Virus record (IMG/VR): IMGVR_UViG_3300005043_000148
Location: 1 to 34,654 of that record
Length of the DNA: 34,654 nucleotides
DNA from: a virus
Lineage: Duplodnaviria > Caudoviricetes
Direction: 5' to 3' (one strand)
Both the position numbers and the translations under genes were made by a program. The notes beneath the pieces were generated by a model. That model was not told the DNA's origin and ran no database searches. It worked only from the letters and a program-made list of their open reading frames with translations. Position 1 is the first letter of the stretch. The number at the start of each line of letters is the position of its first letter. Positions 16,119 to 25,599 of the stretch are shown here, in pieces.

Positions 16119-17780
16119 ATGTCTAAACCTTATTACGAAAAGACTTTTGACCGGCATAAAAAAGATTTAGAAGATGTAGCTTCAGGTAAACGAAATGATT
16201 GGCGTTTCAATAAAGAACTTGGAACTAAGTATGTCGTTGTTATACAAGAGCTCAAGCACTTTGAAGGGGAATGGGCTGGGGAAAACATCGTCCTTGAGTC
16301 TTGGCAAAAGAAAGGCCTTGCAATATGCTTTGGATGGCAAAAGAAAAGATTAGATAAAGATGGAAACCCTCTTTTAAAGAACGGTGAAATTCAATGGGTA
16401 AGACGTTTTAACACAGCCTTTTGGTTTATCCCTAGAAAAAATGGTAAGTCCATACTTGCTTCAGGTGTGATTATCGCTGAAGCTGTCCTTACCGTGGAAA
16501 AAGGAAATCAAATAGTTTCCTTTGCAACTAAGAAAGACCAGGCTAAAATTGTTTGGAATGGTTGTTCAAAGATGATCAAGTCAAACAAGGGCATAGCTGC
16601 TAACTCAAATGAAGCCTACTCGGTGCTTAATATATTTCCAACGGATACAACTATCAAACCCTTAGGGCGTGATTCTAAAACTGAAGATGGGCTCAATGTT
16701 GGTTTAGGAGTAGGGGATGAAATACATGCGCACCCGGACCGTGGTTTGATTGAAGTTATTGAGTCCTCTCAAGGTGCTAGGGTTGAACCCTTGATGTTTT
16801 ATGTGACCACCGCAGGGTTTGACACGGCCTCCGTTGGTTATCAAGAGTATGAACATGCTAAGAAGGTGTTAGATGGCGTCATAGAAGATGATGGGTACTT
16901 TGCCTTTGTCTGTGAAATGGATGAAGGGGATGATCCTTTTGATGAAGCCTCATGGCTTAAGGCAAATCCAAATCTTGGAATTTCTAAAAGCTACGACTAC
17001 ATGCGTAAACAAGCAAACCAAGCCAAACTAAGAAGCGAATCATTAAATAACTTTTTAGTAAAAGATCTTAACAAATGGGTAAACGCATCTGAGAACTTTA
17101 TCAAGTTTGAGGATTGGGAAAATTGTAAGGCTGATGAAATAGACTTATCTCAGGCCACAGGTGTTCTTCTTGGTGTTGACTTGTCTCGTACCGATGACTT
17201 CACAGCCCTTGCTAAGACTTATCTGTTCCCAAACAATAGGTGCCACACTACGCAGCACTACTACATCCCTAAAGATACCGTGCAAGAAAGAGAAAGAGAA
17301 CTCAGAGCACCACTAGCTAAATGGATATTGCAAGGATACATAACAGCTACTCCAGGTAGTGTCATAGATCTAGACTACATAGAACAAGATATCTTAAAAG
17401 AAATATCCTCTGGAGTAGAAGAAGTTTGTTATGATCCATACCGCGCGGCTACATTAATCTCAAACATTGAAAAAAATAGTGAGTTTGAGGACTGCGTACA
17501 AATTCGTCAAGGCTACCTAACCATTAGTGAGCCAACCTTCAACTTCAAAGACTACATAAAAAAAGGATCCTTAACCCACGATGGCAACCCCGTAACTAAG
17601 TGGATGGTGTCTAACATGAGTGTACTAAGTGATGCAACGGGTAATGTCAAGCCAGATAAGTCAAAGCCTAACCGTAAGATAGATGGTTGTGCTGCCATTA
17701 TTAATACGTTAGCTAGAGCTATTGCTTATGAACCTAAGGTTAAGAGTGTGTATGAAGAGAGAGGGCTGAGACAGGTATAG
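16119..17780 (+). CDS. terL: Terminase large subunit
   Basis: IPRKNGKS, DEIH, TTAG, GVDLSRTDD, KIDG. Confidence 0.96.
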   Translation: MSKPYYEKTFDRHKKDLEDVASGKRNDWRFNKELGTKYVVVIQELKHFEGEWAGENIVLESWQKKGLAICFGWQKKRLDKDGNPLLKNGEIQWVRRFNTAFWFIPRKNGKSILASGVIIAEAVLTVEKGNQIVSFATKKDQAKIVWNGCSKMIKSNKGIAANSNEAYSVLNIFPTDTTIKPLGRDSKTEDGLNVGLGVGDEIHAHPDRGLIEVIESSQGARVEPLMFYVTTAGFDTASVGYQEYEHAKKVLDGVIEDDGYFAFVCEMDEGDDPFDEASWLKANPNLGISKSYDYMRKQANQAKLRSESLNNFLVKDLNKWVNASENFIKFEDWENCKADEIDLSQATGVLLGVDLSRTDDFTALAKTYLFPNNRCHTTQHYYIPKDTVQERERELRAPLAKWILQGYITATPGSVIDLDYIEQDILKEISSGVEEVCYDPYRAATLISNIEKNSEFEDCVQIRQGYLTISEPTFNFKDYIKKGSLTHDGNPVTKWMVSNMSVLSDATGNVKPDKSKPNRKIDGCAAIINTLARAIAYEPKVKSVYEERGLRQV

Positions 17781-17991
17781 AAGTGTTACAATAAGGAACT
17801 AAACAGTTTAGTTAGACATTATATTTAAGTATTAATCCAAGTAAAGTAGCTATAATGCGACTCATAAAACGTAACAGTTACTAAACTACACAAATCTTTA
17901 AGTATGTTGTGTATGATTTGGTATAGATATTGCTATTTAGCATAGTGTGTTACTATTAACACAGAAGTAGAAAACATCTTAAGGAGTTTTT

Positions 17992-18015
17992 ATGAGAGAT
18001 TTAACAAGAGTTTAA
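17992..18015 (+). CDS. Putative 7-aa micropeptide MRDLTRV
   Basis: AAGGAG RBS at 17981-17986; upstream TATAAT at 17851; downstream terminator. Confidence 0.35.
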   Translation: MRDLTRV

Positions 18016-18029
18016 TTATTAAGTTCGTT

Positions 18030-18056
18030 ACTGATAGTAGTCTAACTATCAGTTTT
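18030..18056 (+). terminator. Intrinsic terminator overlapping the stop of the convergent moron gene
   Basis: ACTGATAGT-AGTCTA-ACTATCAGT-TTT. Confidence 0.6.
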
Positions 18057-18731
18057 CCCCCTTTTCCCTTCTACCTTTTCCTCCCAGAAAAAATTATATA
18101 ACCATTTAAAAGAAGCACCGAAATTTACAGCATCATGTTCCTGTATTTGATGTTCAATATATTGCTCATAAAACTTATAATTATTTTTTATTGGATTTCT
18201 AAAAGCATCTTTAACAATAGTTTCATCAAATACTTCATTTTTTAATGCAATACCTATCTGCTCATATATATTGATAAATTCTATCATTTGATTTATGATT
18301 TTTTCACCATCAGTTGACGTTTTACAAGGAGGATTTTTTCCTGCTTTAGAAGGAATATGCTTACCTTGGTCATCTGTTTCACAAACCCACCCATGAACTT
18401 CATCCGGTGTTAGCGGGTCTTGTTGATTTATTCTATCTGTAAAATTTATGTACTTTCCATTGGTACTTTTTATTATTTCTTTTTTACTACAAGTAAGTAT
18501 ATCAAGCTCATCTCTTATTTGCATGAGATTTTTTGATATAGATCCTATTTCTGCTGTTGTAAAGGAGCGTCGATTCCAGTCGTGATTTGCTTTTAACTGC
18601 CTTTTGTTAATTATAATAGTTATTGTAATAGCTGCAATGGATACTATACTTGCAAAAACACTTAGTCCTATATACCAATTTAATCTATTTGTAGCTACTT
18701 CTAATGCCATTATTGTTGTGTTGTTATCCAT
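18042..18731 (-). CDS. DUF4760-like TM-anchored moron protein
   Basis: N-terminal TM; FINIYEQIGIALKNEVFDETIVK..YI..FKWLY pattern. Confidence 0.7.
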   Translation of the reverse strand: MDNNTTIMALEVATNRLNWYIGLSVFASIVSIAAITITIIINKRQLKANHDWNRRSFTTAEIGSISKNLMQIRDELDILTCSKKEIIKSTNGKYINFTDRINQQDPLTPDEVHGWVCETDDQGKHIPSKAGKNPPCKTSTDGEKIINQMIEFINIYEQIGIALKNEVFDETIVKDAFRNPIKNNYKFYEQYIEHQIQEHDAVNFGASFKWLYNFFWEEKVEGKRGKTDS

Positions 18732-18912
18732 TACTTAACCTCTTCAATATAAAACTCTATTTCTAATGGTATTATATTGTAATGACATTATGATTAGTAT
18801 TAATTGTAAAAAATGTATTTATTATTTTGTAACACGATCTTTCTAGAGATAAAAACTTTTAATTTTGTTTAAGTGAAAGATACTTTATTTAATAAAATTG
18901 TATATTTTTTTA

Positions 18913-18942
18913 CAAAAAGCTTGCGGATCCGCAAGCTTTTTG
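18913..18942. repeat. 30-bp perfect palindrome upstream of the head operon
   Basis: CAAAAAGCTTGCGGA|TCCGCAAGCTTTTTG. Confidence 0.9.
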
Positions 18943-18975
18943 ACCCTTTCCTATTTTCTGCTCTATATTTCGTCC

Positions 18976-19185
18976 ATGCAAAAACTTAAAAGTATTTTTA
19001 TTATATATATTTTTTTTATAATCATCTCGTCCATTATAGGGGTAGGTGTATTTTTTATTAGTGAAAAATATTCTAGTTTTATATTTGGGACACTTCTTGT
19101 TCTATCTTCTTTAGTAATCTTATTTATTTTTATAAAAGCCTTTGTGTTTAATACCAAAGACAGTCATGATGGTGAAGAATCGTGA
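18976..19185 (+). CDS. Small 2-TM protein preceding the portal
   Basis: Hydrophobic; overlaps the portal start; ATG 18976 preferred over TTG 18898. Confidence 0.6.
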   Translation: MQKLKSIFIIYIFFIIISSIIGVGVFFISEKYSSFIFGTLLVLSSLVILFIFIKAFVFNTKDSHDGEES

Positions 19186-20396
19186 ATTTTTTAGATCAAT
19201 TTTCCATTTCAGATGCCAAAGCAGAGGGCTCTTCCGAGAACACTAGCACGATAAGCGCTTTACTAGGTGGAATCGGTTCTGATGCTATAAATGCGTCAAA
19301 TGCTCAAAAAATAGCAGCCGTTTTTGCATGTATCAATGTAAAAGCAAATGCGCTTGCCGTAATTCCTATCAAAACTTATAAACGCGTAGGGGATAGGAAG
19401 GAAGAAGATTATACTAACCCTCTTTTTTCTTTATTACGTTACGCCCCAAACGACACCTTAATCATATCCCTTTATAAAAAGATGATTTCTCAAGACCTTG
19501 ATCTTCGGGGAAACCATTATTCTCAAATTGTTAGAAATGGATTAGGGGTAATACAGTCAATTCACCCATTAGTAGCTGATAACATGGAAGTATCGTTAGC
19601 TCATGGTGTGAAAACATTTAAGTATAACGGTGTTCCTGTTGCATCTACAAAAATACTTCATATTTTTGATATACCAGACGTGACAGGGACAAAAGGCATA
19701 TCTCGTATAGAGTATGCAAAAGAGTGTCTTCAGTTCGCAAAAAACACTTCTTCTCATGGGAATAGGCTCTTTAAAAATTCAGCTTCACCATCTGGAAGTT
19801 TTGAGATTGAGGGATCTCTTAGCCAAGAAGCATTTGATCGTTTAAAATCTGATTTAGATAAAAAATGGGTAGGTTTATCAAATCTAGGAAAACCGCTACT
19901 TTTAGAAGAGGGGCTGACTTTTAAGCCTTTAGATATAAAAAACTCAGATGCTGAATGGTTAGAAAGTAGAAAGTTTAACCGTGAAGAAGTAGCTGCTATA
20001 TTTGGTGTTCCTGTCGCAATGATTAATGATGCTGCTAATACTGCTTATGGAAACCTAGAACAAAAATATCTTGAGTTTTCAACGGGAACAATTTTTACTA
20101 TTACCACAATTTTAGAAGAGCAGTTCAGACAATCTTTGCTGACACCTCAAGAAAAAAACACAACAGTCATAAAATTTAAATATAACGCAATGTTAAGAGT
20201 AGATACCGCAACAAGAGGCGAATATTACAAAACGCGTTTTAACACAGCCTCTATCACTCCAAATCAAATTCTTGGATATGAAGATGAAAATGGATTTGAT
20301 GGTGGTGACGAAAGATACTTACAACTAAATATAGCAACGGTCAAAGATGTGAATTCAGGAAAAAATCTTAAAAAAGGAGGCTCTAATAATGAATGA
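19182..20396 (+). CDS. Portal protein, HK97 family
   Basis: AVFACI, LRGNHY, ILHI, LEEGLTF, IFGVP. Confidence 0.95.
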   Translation: MNFLDQFSISDAKAEGSSENTSTISALLGGIGSDAINASNAQKIAAVFACINVKANALAVIPIKTYKRVGDRKEEDYTNPLFSLLRYAPNDTLIISLYKKMISQDLDLRGNHYSQIVRNGLGVIQSIHPLVADNMEVSLAHGVKTFKYNGVPVASTKILHIFDIPDVTGTKGISRIEYAKECLQFAKNTSSHGNRLFKNSASPSGSFEIEGSLSQEAFDRLKSDLDKKWVGLSNLGKPLLLEEGLTFKPLDIKNSDAEWLESRKFNREEVAAIFGVPVAMINDAANTAYGNLEQKYLEFSTGTIFTITTILEEQFRQSLLTPQEKNTTVIKFKYNAMLRVDTATRGEYYKTRFNTASITPNQILGYEDENGFDGGDERYLQLNIATVKDVNSGKNLKKGGSNNE

Positions 20397-21102
20397 AATT
20401 GTTATTAAAGGTGTTGTTGGTAGTTGGGCGGTTGATCCCGAAGATATTACCTATAGACTTAAAAATATGGATGGTGATGTACTTGTACCGATTGACTCAA
20501 TTGGAGGATCTGTTATCGCTGGAATTGCTATTTATAATGCATTCAAAGAGTATAACAAAGGGAAAATCACTTTTCGTATTATGGGTGTTGCAGCATCTAT
20601 TTCATCATACATCGTTTTATCAGGAGACTCTATTGAGGCTTATGACAACACGACATATATGATTCACAACGCTTCTCTTCCAGTACAAGGTGATCATCAT
20701 AAGCTAAGAAAGGTAGCGGATATTGCTGAAGGGCTGTCTTCTATTATTGCGAAAGCTTATGCTTCTAAAACTGGTTTAAGTGAAGACGAGATAAAAAAAC
20801 TCATGGATTCAGAAACCTTTTATTTCGGTGGTGAGATGAAGGAAGCTGGCTTTATTGATGAGCTGCTGACTACTGAAAGTAACGTAACGAAGGCTGAAGC
20901 TGTGGCTGTGTCTCTTGAACATTTAAAGGCTTGTAATAACGATGTCCGAGAACACGAAAGTGATTTATCTTTTGAGGCAATAGCAAAACTACTGCCGCAA
21001 AAAGTAATTATCAATCAAGTTGAAAACAAAGTGGTGGACTTGTCCGCTCAACAAAAAAGATCTCGCGATCTTGATATCTTAACAGAAGGAACAAACCTAT
21101 GA
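20389..21102 (+). CDS. ClpP-like head maturation protease
   Basis: IDSIGGSV, GVAASISS, YMIHN. Confidence 0.9.
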   Translation: MNEIVIKGVVGSWAVDPEDITYRLKNMDGDVLVPIDSIGGSVIAGIAIYNAFKEYNKGKITFRIMGVAASISSYIVLSGDSIEAYDNTTYMIHNASLPVQGDHHKLRKVADIAEGLSSIIAKAYASKTGLSEDEIKKLMDSETFYFGGEMKEAGFIDELLTTESNVTKAEAVAVSLEHLKACNNDVREHESDLSFEAIAKLLPQKVIINQVENKVVDLSAQQKRSRDLDILTEGTNL

Positions 21103-22256
21103 ACTTACTAGAATTAATCAATGCCCGAGCTGAAAAGCTAACACAGATGAAAGCCTTTAACAATGAAAACCCAACAATGGATGACGCTACTCTAGGTAAA
21201 TACAATGCTTTAAATAATGAGTTTCAACAACTTAATCGTCAAGTGTCATTGGCTGAAGCTGAAAATATTTTGGCTGACCAAGTAGATCCATTATTGAATG
21301 GTGGTAACTTAGATGAAGCTGCTGCTCAAAGTGATTATATTGGTGCTTTTGTAAACATGCTTCAAGGTAGACAAAGCGTCGAAGACTCTTTATTACTTGC
21401 TGAGAATGCTGTTCATACAGGTGTTGATAGTGAAGGTGGATTTTTAGTTCCAGAAGAGTGGACAAAAAACATCTTTGAAACGCTAAAAGATGATTCTGAT
21501 ATCCGTAAGCATATTACAATCAAGCAAACAAAAACTACAACAAACATGCCTATTGATGGTGATGATATTGAGTTTGCCTGGTTGGCTGAACTTGCTGACT
21601 ATCCAGAGTTACAACCAACTTTTGGTATGAAACAACTTGGCGCGCATAAAGCAGGTGGTGTTGTTCTAATTTCAAGAGAAGAGATTTTTGACTCTGTTTA
21701 CAATGTCCAAAAGATTATTGAGAATAAGATGCGCCGTGGTATTACGAATGCAGATGATAAAGCATTTGTAACGGGTTCAGGTACTGACCGACCTACAGGT
21801 ATTGTAACGGCTACGACGCAAGAAGTAGTTACTGCTGCATTAGGTATTTCTTACAAAAACTTAGTGTCTATGAAATACAAAGTTCCGCCTCAGCATCGTA
21901 AACATGCAAGATGGAGAGCCAGTGATGCATTTCTGGAAGCTGTTGAAAATATGCTAGATGGAAATGGTCGTCCTATTTTCACTGAAGGGTCTATCGCTAA
22001 AGGAACACCTTCAACACTTCTTGGATTTCCTATTGATGCAGACAACAACCTAGACAATACGATTGCGCTTGGTAAGACACCTGCCTTATTTGGAAACTTT
22101 AAAGCGTATGTAGGTGCAGACAGAGGGATGCTTTATGTTCAAATTTTACGTGAAAAGTATGCAACAAAAGGGGCAATTGGTATCTTAGTTGATAAGCGTA
22201 CAGATGGCGATCTTGCTGATGTAAAAGCTATGGCTAAACTTACGATTGGGGCATAA
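21099..22256 (+). CDS. Major capsid protein, HK97 family
   Basis: Coiled-coil delta domain; EGGFLVPEE, GSGTDRPTGI, DGNGRPIF, FGNF. Confidence 0.95.
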   Translation: MNLLELINARAEKLTQMKAFNNENPTMDDATLGKYNALNNEFQQLNRQVSLAEAENILADQVDPLLNGGNLDEAAAQSDYIGAFVNMLQGRQSVEDSLLLAENAVHTGVDSEGGFLVPEEWTKNIFETLKDDSDIRKHITIKQTKTTTNMPIDGDDIEFAWLAELADYPELQPTFGMKQLGAHKAGGVVLISREEIFDSVYNVQKIIENKMRRGITNADDKAFVTGSGTDRPTGIVTATTQEVVTAALGISYKNLVSMKYKVPPQHRKHARWRASDAFLEAVENMLDGNGRPIFTEGSIAKGTPSTLLGFPIDADNNLDNTIALGKTPALFGNFKAYVGADRGMLYVQILREKYATKGAIGILVDKRTDGDLADVKAMAKLTIGA

Positions 22257-22259
22257 GCT

Positions 22260-22667
22260 ATGAAAAAGTTAATGGTTGTATTTGTAATGAGTTGGGGAAA
22301 TTCAACCAACTCATACAAGGTCAAAGATGAAGCTTCATTTGAAAAGGATCAATACTTAGGACTAATTTCAGAGGGTACGGCTAAACCTAAGAACCAAAAG
22401 CAGTATGTTGAGATTTTAAAAGAAGTGGAAAAAGAAAAAGAATCTCTTCTTGCCACTGAAGCTGAAAAAAATGCTCTGATTCAAAAAGAAACCTTAGCTT
22501 TAGAACTAAGAGAACTTTATAAACAAGTGGCTCTTAAAGTAGCTGAGATTGAAGGCATTGTTCTTTCTGATGAAGAGGTTGAAAACTTTATCAATGAAAA
22601 GCTAAATGGTGAGCCTGTAGTTCTTGTGAATAAAGCTGACATCATCATCCCAGAAGGAAAAAAGTAA
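22260..22667 (+). CDS. Hypothetical head-region protein
   Basis: Position between the capsid and connector genes. Confidence 0.7.
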   Translation: MKKLMVVFVMSWGNSTNSYKVKDEASFEKDQYLGLISEGTAKPKNQKQYVEILKEVEKEKESLLATEAEKNALIQKETLALELRELYKQVALKVAEIEGIVLSDEEVENFINEKLNGEPVVLVNKADIIIPEGKK

Positions 22668-22670
22668 CTC

Positions 22671-23246
22671 ATGGGTCTAAAACTTAAAACAGCTTCGACA
22701 TCTTTGCCAGTAGATTTGGTATTGGCAAAGGCGCATCTTAATATCTTGGATAACCAAGAAGATTTTTATATCACCTCTTTGATTGAAGCGGCTACAAATT
22801 TAGCTGAAGAGATTATGGGAAGACAAATTGTGTCTGCGGTGTATGAATTAACTATGGATGTTTTACCGGTGTGTTTTGAGTTGCCTAGACCTGAACTTAT
22901 AAGTGTTGATATTATTCAATATATAGCGCCTGAGGATACTTTGTTTAGTACCTTGGACGCTTCTTTATACATAGTTGATGATACTAATATGATTGGTGAA
23001 GTTAGTAAACACCCAGATATTTCGTACCCATCTGTAAGAGCAATTAAAAACAGTGTGAAAGTGACTTATACAACAGGTTACAAGAACCAAAGTTCCGTTC
23101 CTGCTGCTATAAAACATTGGATTCTTTTACAGGTGGGTACCTGGTATGAGCATAGAGAAGAAGTAGTGGTTGGTGTTTCGTCAACTAGCATTAAAAATAA
23201 GTATAACGACATGCTCTTGAACATGTACAAGTTGGTGAAGATATGA
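22671..23246 (+). CDS. Head-tail connector (gp6/phiE125 gp8-like)
   Basis: PVDLVLAKAHL..LIEAAT..VPAAIKHWILLQVGTWYEHRE. Confidence 0.9.
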   Translation: MGLKLKTASTSLPVDLVLAKAHLNILDNQEDFYITSLIEAATNLAEEIMGRQIVSAVYELTMDVLPVCFELPRPELISVDIIQYIAPEDTLFSTLDASLYIVDDTNMIGEVSKHPDISYPSVRAIKNSVKVTYTTGYKNQSSVPAAIKHWILLQVGTWYEHREEVVVGVSSTSIKNKYNDMLLNMYKLVKI

Positions 23247-23557
23247 GATCAGCAAGCCTAAAACATACAATTGTCATTCAATCTTCAATCGAAATTCCAG
23301 ATAGTTTTGGTGGAGTTTCTAAATCATGGAATGACTTTAAAACTGTTAGGGCCAGTGTTAAACCTCAAAGCGCAAAAGAGTTTTTTAGCGCCGGTGTTCA
23401 AGCTGAAGCCACACATAAAATTGAAGTTCGTTATGTATTAGGGCTTAATCCTAAGATGCGAATTTTATTTGGAACGAGAGTCTTTGATATTAAATCAATT
23501 TTAAATATTCAAGAGCGCAATAAGGTTCTTCATATTATCTGTACGGAGGTTCTGTAA
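23243..23557 (+). CDS. Head closure / head-tail adaptor (SPP1 gp16-like)
   Basis: LKHTIVIQ..THKIEVRY..MRILFGTRVFDI. Confidence 0.88.
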   Translation: MRSASLKHTIVIQSSIEIPDSFGGVSKSWNDFKTVRASVKPQSAKEFFSAGVQAEATHKIEVRYVLGLNPKMRILFGTRVFDIKSILNIQERNKVLHIICTEVL

Positions 23558-24042
23558 TGGAAAATCCCATAGGTGTAAGTGTTTCAGGTTTAGAAGAACT
23601 ATTTTCAAAGTTAAAAATTTTGCCTGAAGTTCTTGCTAAAAGGGTGATTGTCGGTGCTGTTAGAGCAGGGGCCTCTGTAATATGGAAAGAAGCTAAGAAT
23701 AATGTACCTGTACATAATGCGGTACTCCTATCATCTCTTAGAATTGTGAAAAGAAAACCTAAAAATAAAAATTTAATCTGGTTTACAGTGACTCCTAGTT
23801 CAAAAATTATTAAAAAAGGGTTGATCGCTTTAGGTGTTGAAAAAAAGGTTTGGATTAATAAACGAACAGGGTTTAAATCCAGTAACTATGACAATTATGG
23901 AGGGTACGTTGAACTTGGAAATTCAAAGGTAGCCCCTCAACCTTACCTTTTACCTGCTTATGAAAATAAAGGTGAAGAGTCCATTAAGGCTGTTGAAAAA
24001 TATATGAAAAAACGTTTAGATAGAGAGATAGGTAAATTATGA
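23557..24042 (+). CDS. HK97 gp10-like neck protein
   Basis: GLEEL..YVELGNSKVAPQPYLLPA. Confidence 0.88.
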   Translation: MENPIGVSVSGLEELFSKLKILPEVLAKRVIVGAVRAGASVIWKEAKNNVPVHNAVLLSSLRIVKRKPKNKNLIWFTVTPSSKIIKKGLIALGVEKKVWINKRTGFKSSNYDNYGGYVELGNSKVAPQPYLLPAYENKGEESIKAVEKYMKKRLDREIGKL

Positions 24043-24386
24043 TTGAACAAGAACTATTTTCTCATTTGTTAACAAAAGTTACGTTGGTAAATGAGAGGGT
24101 ATATCCCTCGTTAATGCCTCAAGATTGTTTGAAACCAGCTTTGGTTTATTCAATTACGAATGATGCAGACACTCAAGGTTTCAATGGTGGTTTAACAGGC
24201 TTCAAAGTAAGAGTTCAGATCGATTGTTATTCGACATCTTACGCTGAAGTTAAAGAACTTAAAAATGCTGTCAAAGCAGCGCTCTATTCATTTATATATT
24301 ATCCTCATGGGTTAAATACCAGGGATAATTATGAAGAAGATGTGCAGCTACACAGACAGTTAATTGATTTTAGTTTAAAAGGATAA
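24039..24386 (+). CDS. Tail terminator (DUF3168-like)
   Basis: RVYP..PALVY..RVQIDCY. Confidence 0.8.
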   Translation: MIEQELFSHLLTKVTLVNERVYPSLMPQDCLKPALVYSITNDADTQGFNGGLTGFKVRVQIDCYSTSYAEVKELKNAVKAALYSFIYYPHGLNTRDNYEEDVQLHRQLIDFSLKG

Positions 24387-24389
24387 ATC

Positions 24390-24803
24390 ATGGGTATCAG
24401 AACAGTTGGTCACAAAGTAAAAGCAAATTCAAAAGATTGTGGGACATTGCAGTCTCTTGGTGAAATTAGTCAAAAGCGTGCGGTTAAAGAGTACGACCCT
24501 ATTAATGCTGAAGATATTTTACAGGCACTGGGAAAGATTAAAACAGATCCTATTGCTATGAGTGTTATTTATGATCCAGATGACGCACTTGGAGTAGGAG
24601 AACTTGAAGCGGCTTTTAAAGCAGCGACACCTATTCCTTTTGCTATTGAGTTGTCAGATAAGTTGATTACAACTGGGACAACATTTACTTGGGCCTTAGC
24701 TTTAATCAATGAGTTTAAACTAACTCAAGACGCGGATGGTTTTGTTATCGCTAACTTTACAGCGAACCTGAATGGTGCTCCAACTGTTACGGCGGCTGCA
24801 TAA
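24390..24803 (+). CDS. Major tail tube protein
   Basis: Position, size and beta-rich composition. Confidence 0.75.
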   Translation: MGIRTVGHKVKANSKDCGTLQSLGEISQKRAVKEYDPINAEDILQALGKIKTDPIAMSVIYDPDDALGVGELEAAFKAATPIPFAIELSDKLITTGTTFTWALALINEFKLTQDADGFVIANFTANLNGAPTVTAAA

Positions 24804-25288
24804 TGAAGCTTTTACTTGATTATAAAATCGAAGTTCATATTAAAGAAGGGGACAAGTCAAAAGAAAAGTTGACTGTCTTCCTAAGAGAATTTAATCGTGT
24901 AGAGAAAAAAGAATTCACCTCTATTCAAAAAAAGTTTCGAAGTATTTTTACAAGAGCTCAAGAGATTAGTAAAAAACAAATTTCACTTGAGAAAAAAGCA
25001 GAGCTTTATCAATTAGCTAAACAGTTTGATATGGCCATCAAAACGATGGAAAAAATTGAAATTCTTGAAAAAGATGTTGAAAAGTTAAATCAAGAACTTT
25101 GTGAAATCGGTGGTGAAGATACTATGGAATTTGCAGAAGAAACTTCTAAAAAACGCTTTGAGTTATTAGTCAGTGGAGATGATAAAGAACGTCTTGCAGA
25201 GTATGCTGAGATCAAAGGGTATTCGAAAATAATGAGTGCTCTTGATAGCGAAAAGGTTGCTTTGGAAAAAAAGCACTCTGGAGAGTAA
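24803..25288 (+). CDS. Tail assembly chaperone (gpG analogue)
   Basis: Between the tube and TMP genes; ends in a slippery site. Confidence 0.75.
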   Translation: MKLLLDYKIEVHIKEGDKSKEKLTVFLREFNRVEKKEFTSIQKKFRSIFTRAQEISKKQISLEKKAELYQLAKQFDMAIKTMEKIEILEKDVEKLNQELCEIGGEDTMEFAEETSKKRFELLVSGDDKERLAEYAEIKGYSKIMSALDSEKVALEKKHSGE

Positions 25289-25599
25289 GCGAGTGCCTAC
25301 GTTCAGGCAAAGGATTTGAAGGCTTACAGTACTTTGAATTGTTTTTTCTTGACATAGCTGCTAGTTGCGAGTTTTCTTATGGCCCTTCAGGGGCAGTAGG
25401 TTACTTGTATGAGTCCGTTAAGGATCAGATGAAATGGCATAAGTTAAGTGTAAAGAAATATATCAAAGTGGTAATGGGAATAGGTCGGATTATGGTGCTT
25501 AGTAAAGAAGACTATATGAAGCAAAAAGTTGAAAATATAAAAACACCTGAGGTCGATATGGCAGGTGCTTTAAAAGCTGCATTTGGAGATGGTTCATGA
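25267..25599 (+). CDS. -1 frameshift extension of the tail chaperone (gpGT analogue)
   Basis: A AAA AAG at 25267-25273; the -1 frame ALWRVSECLRSGKG.. is continuous with ORF 25339-25599. Confidence 0.85.
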   Translation, partial: KKALWRVSECLRSGKGFEGLQYFELFFLDIAASCEFSYGPSGAVGYLYESVKDQMKWHKLSVKKYIKVVMGIGRIMVLSKEDYMKQKVENIKTPEVDMAGALKAAFGDGS

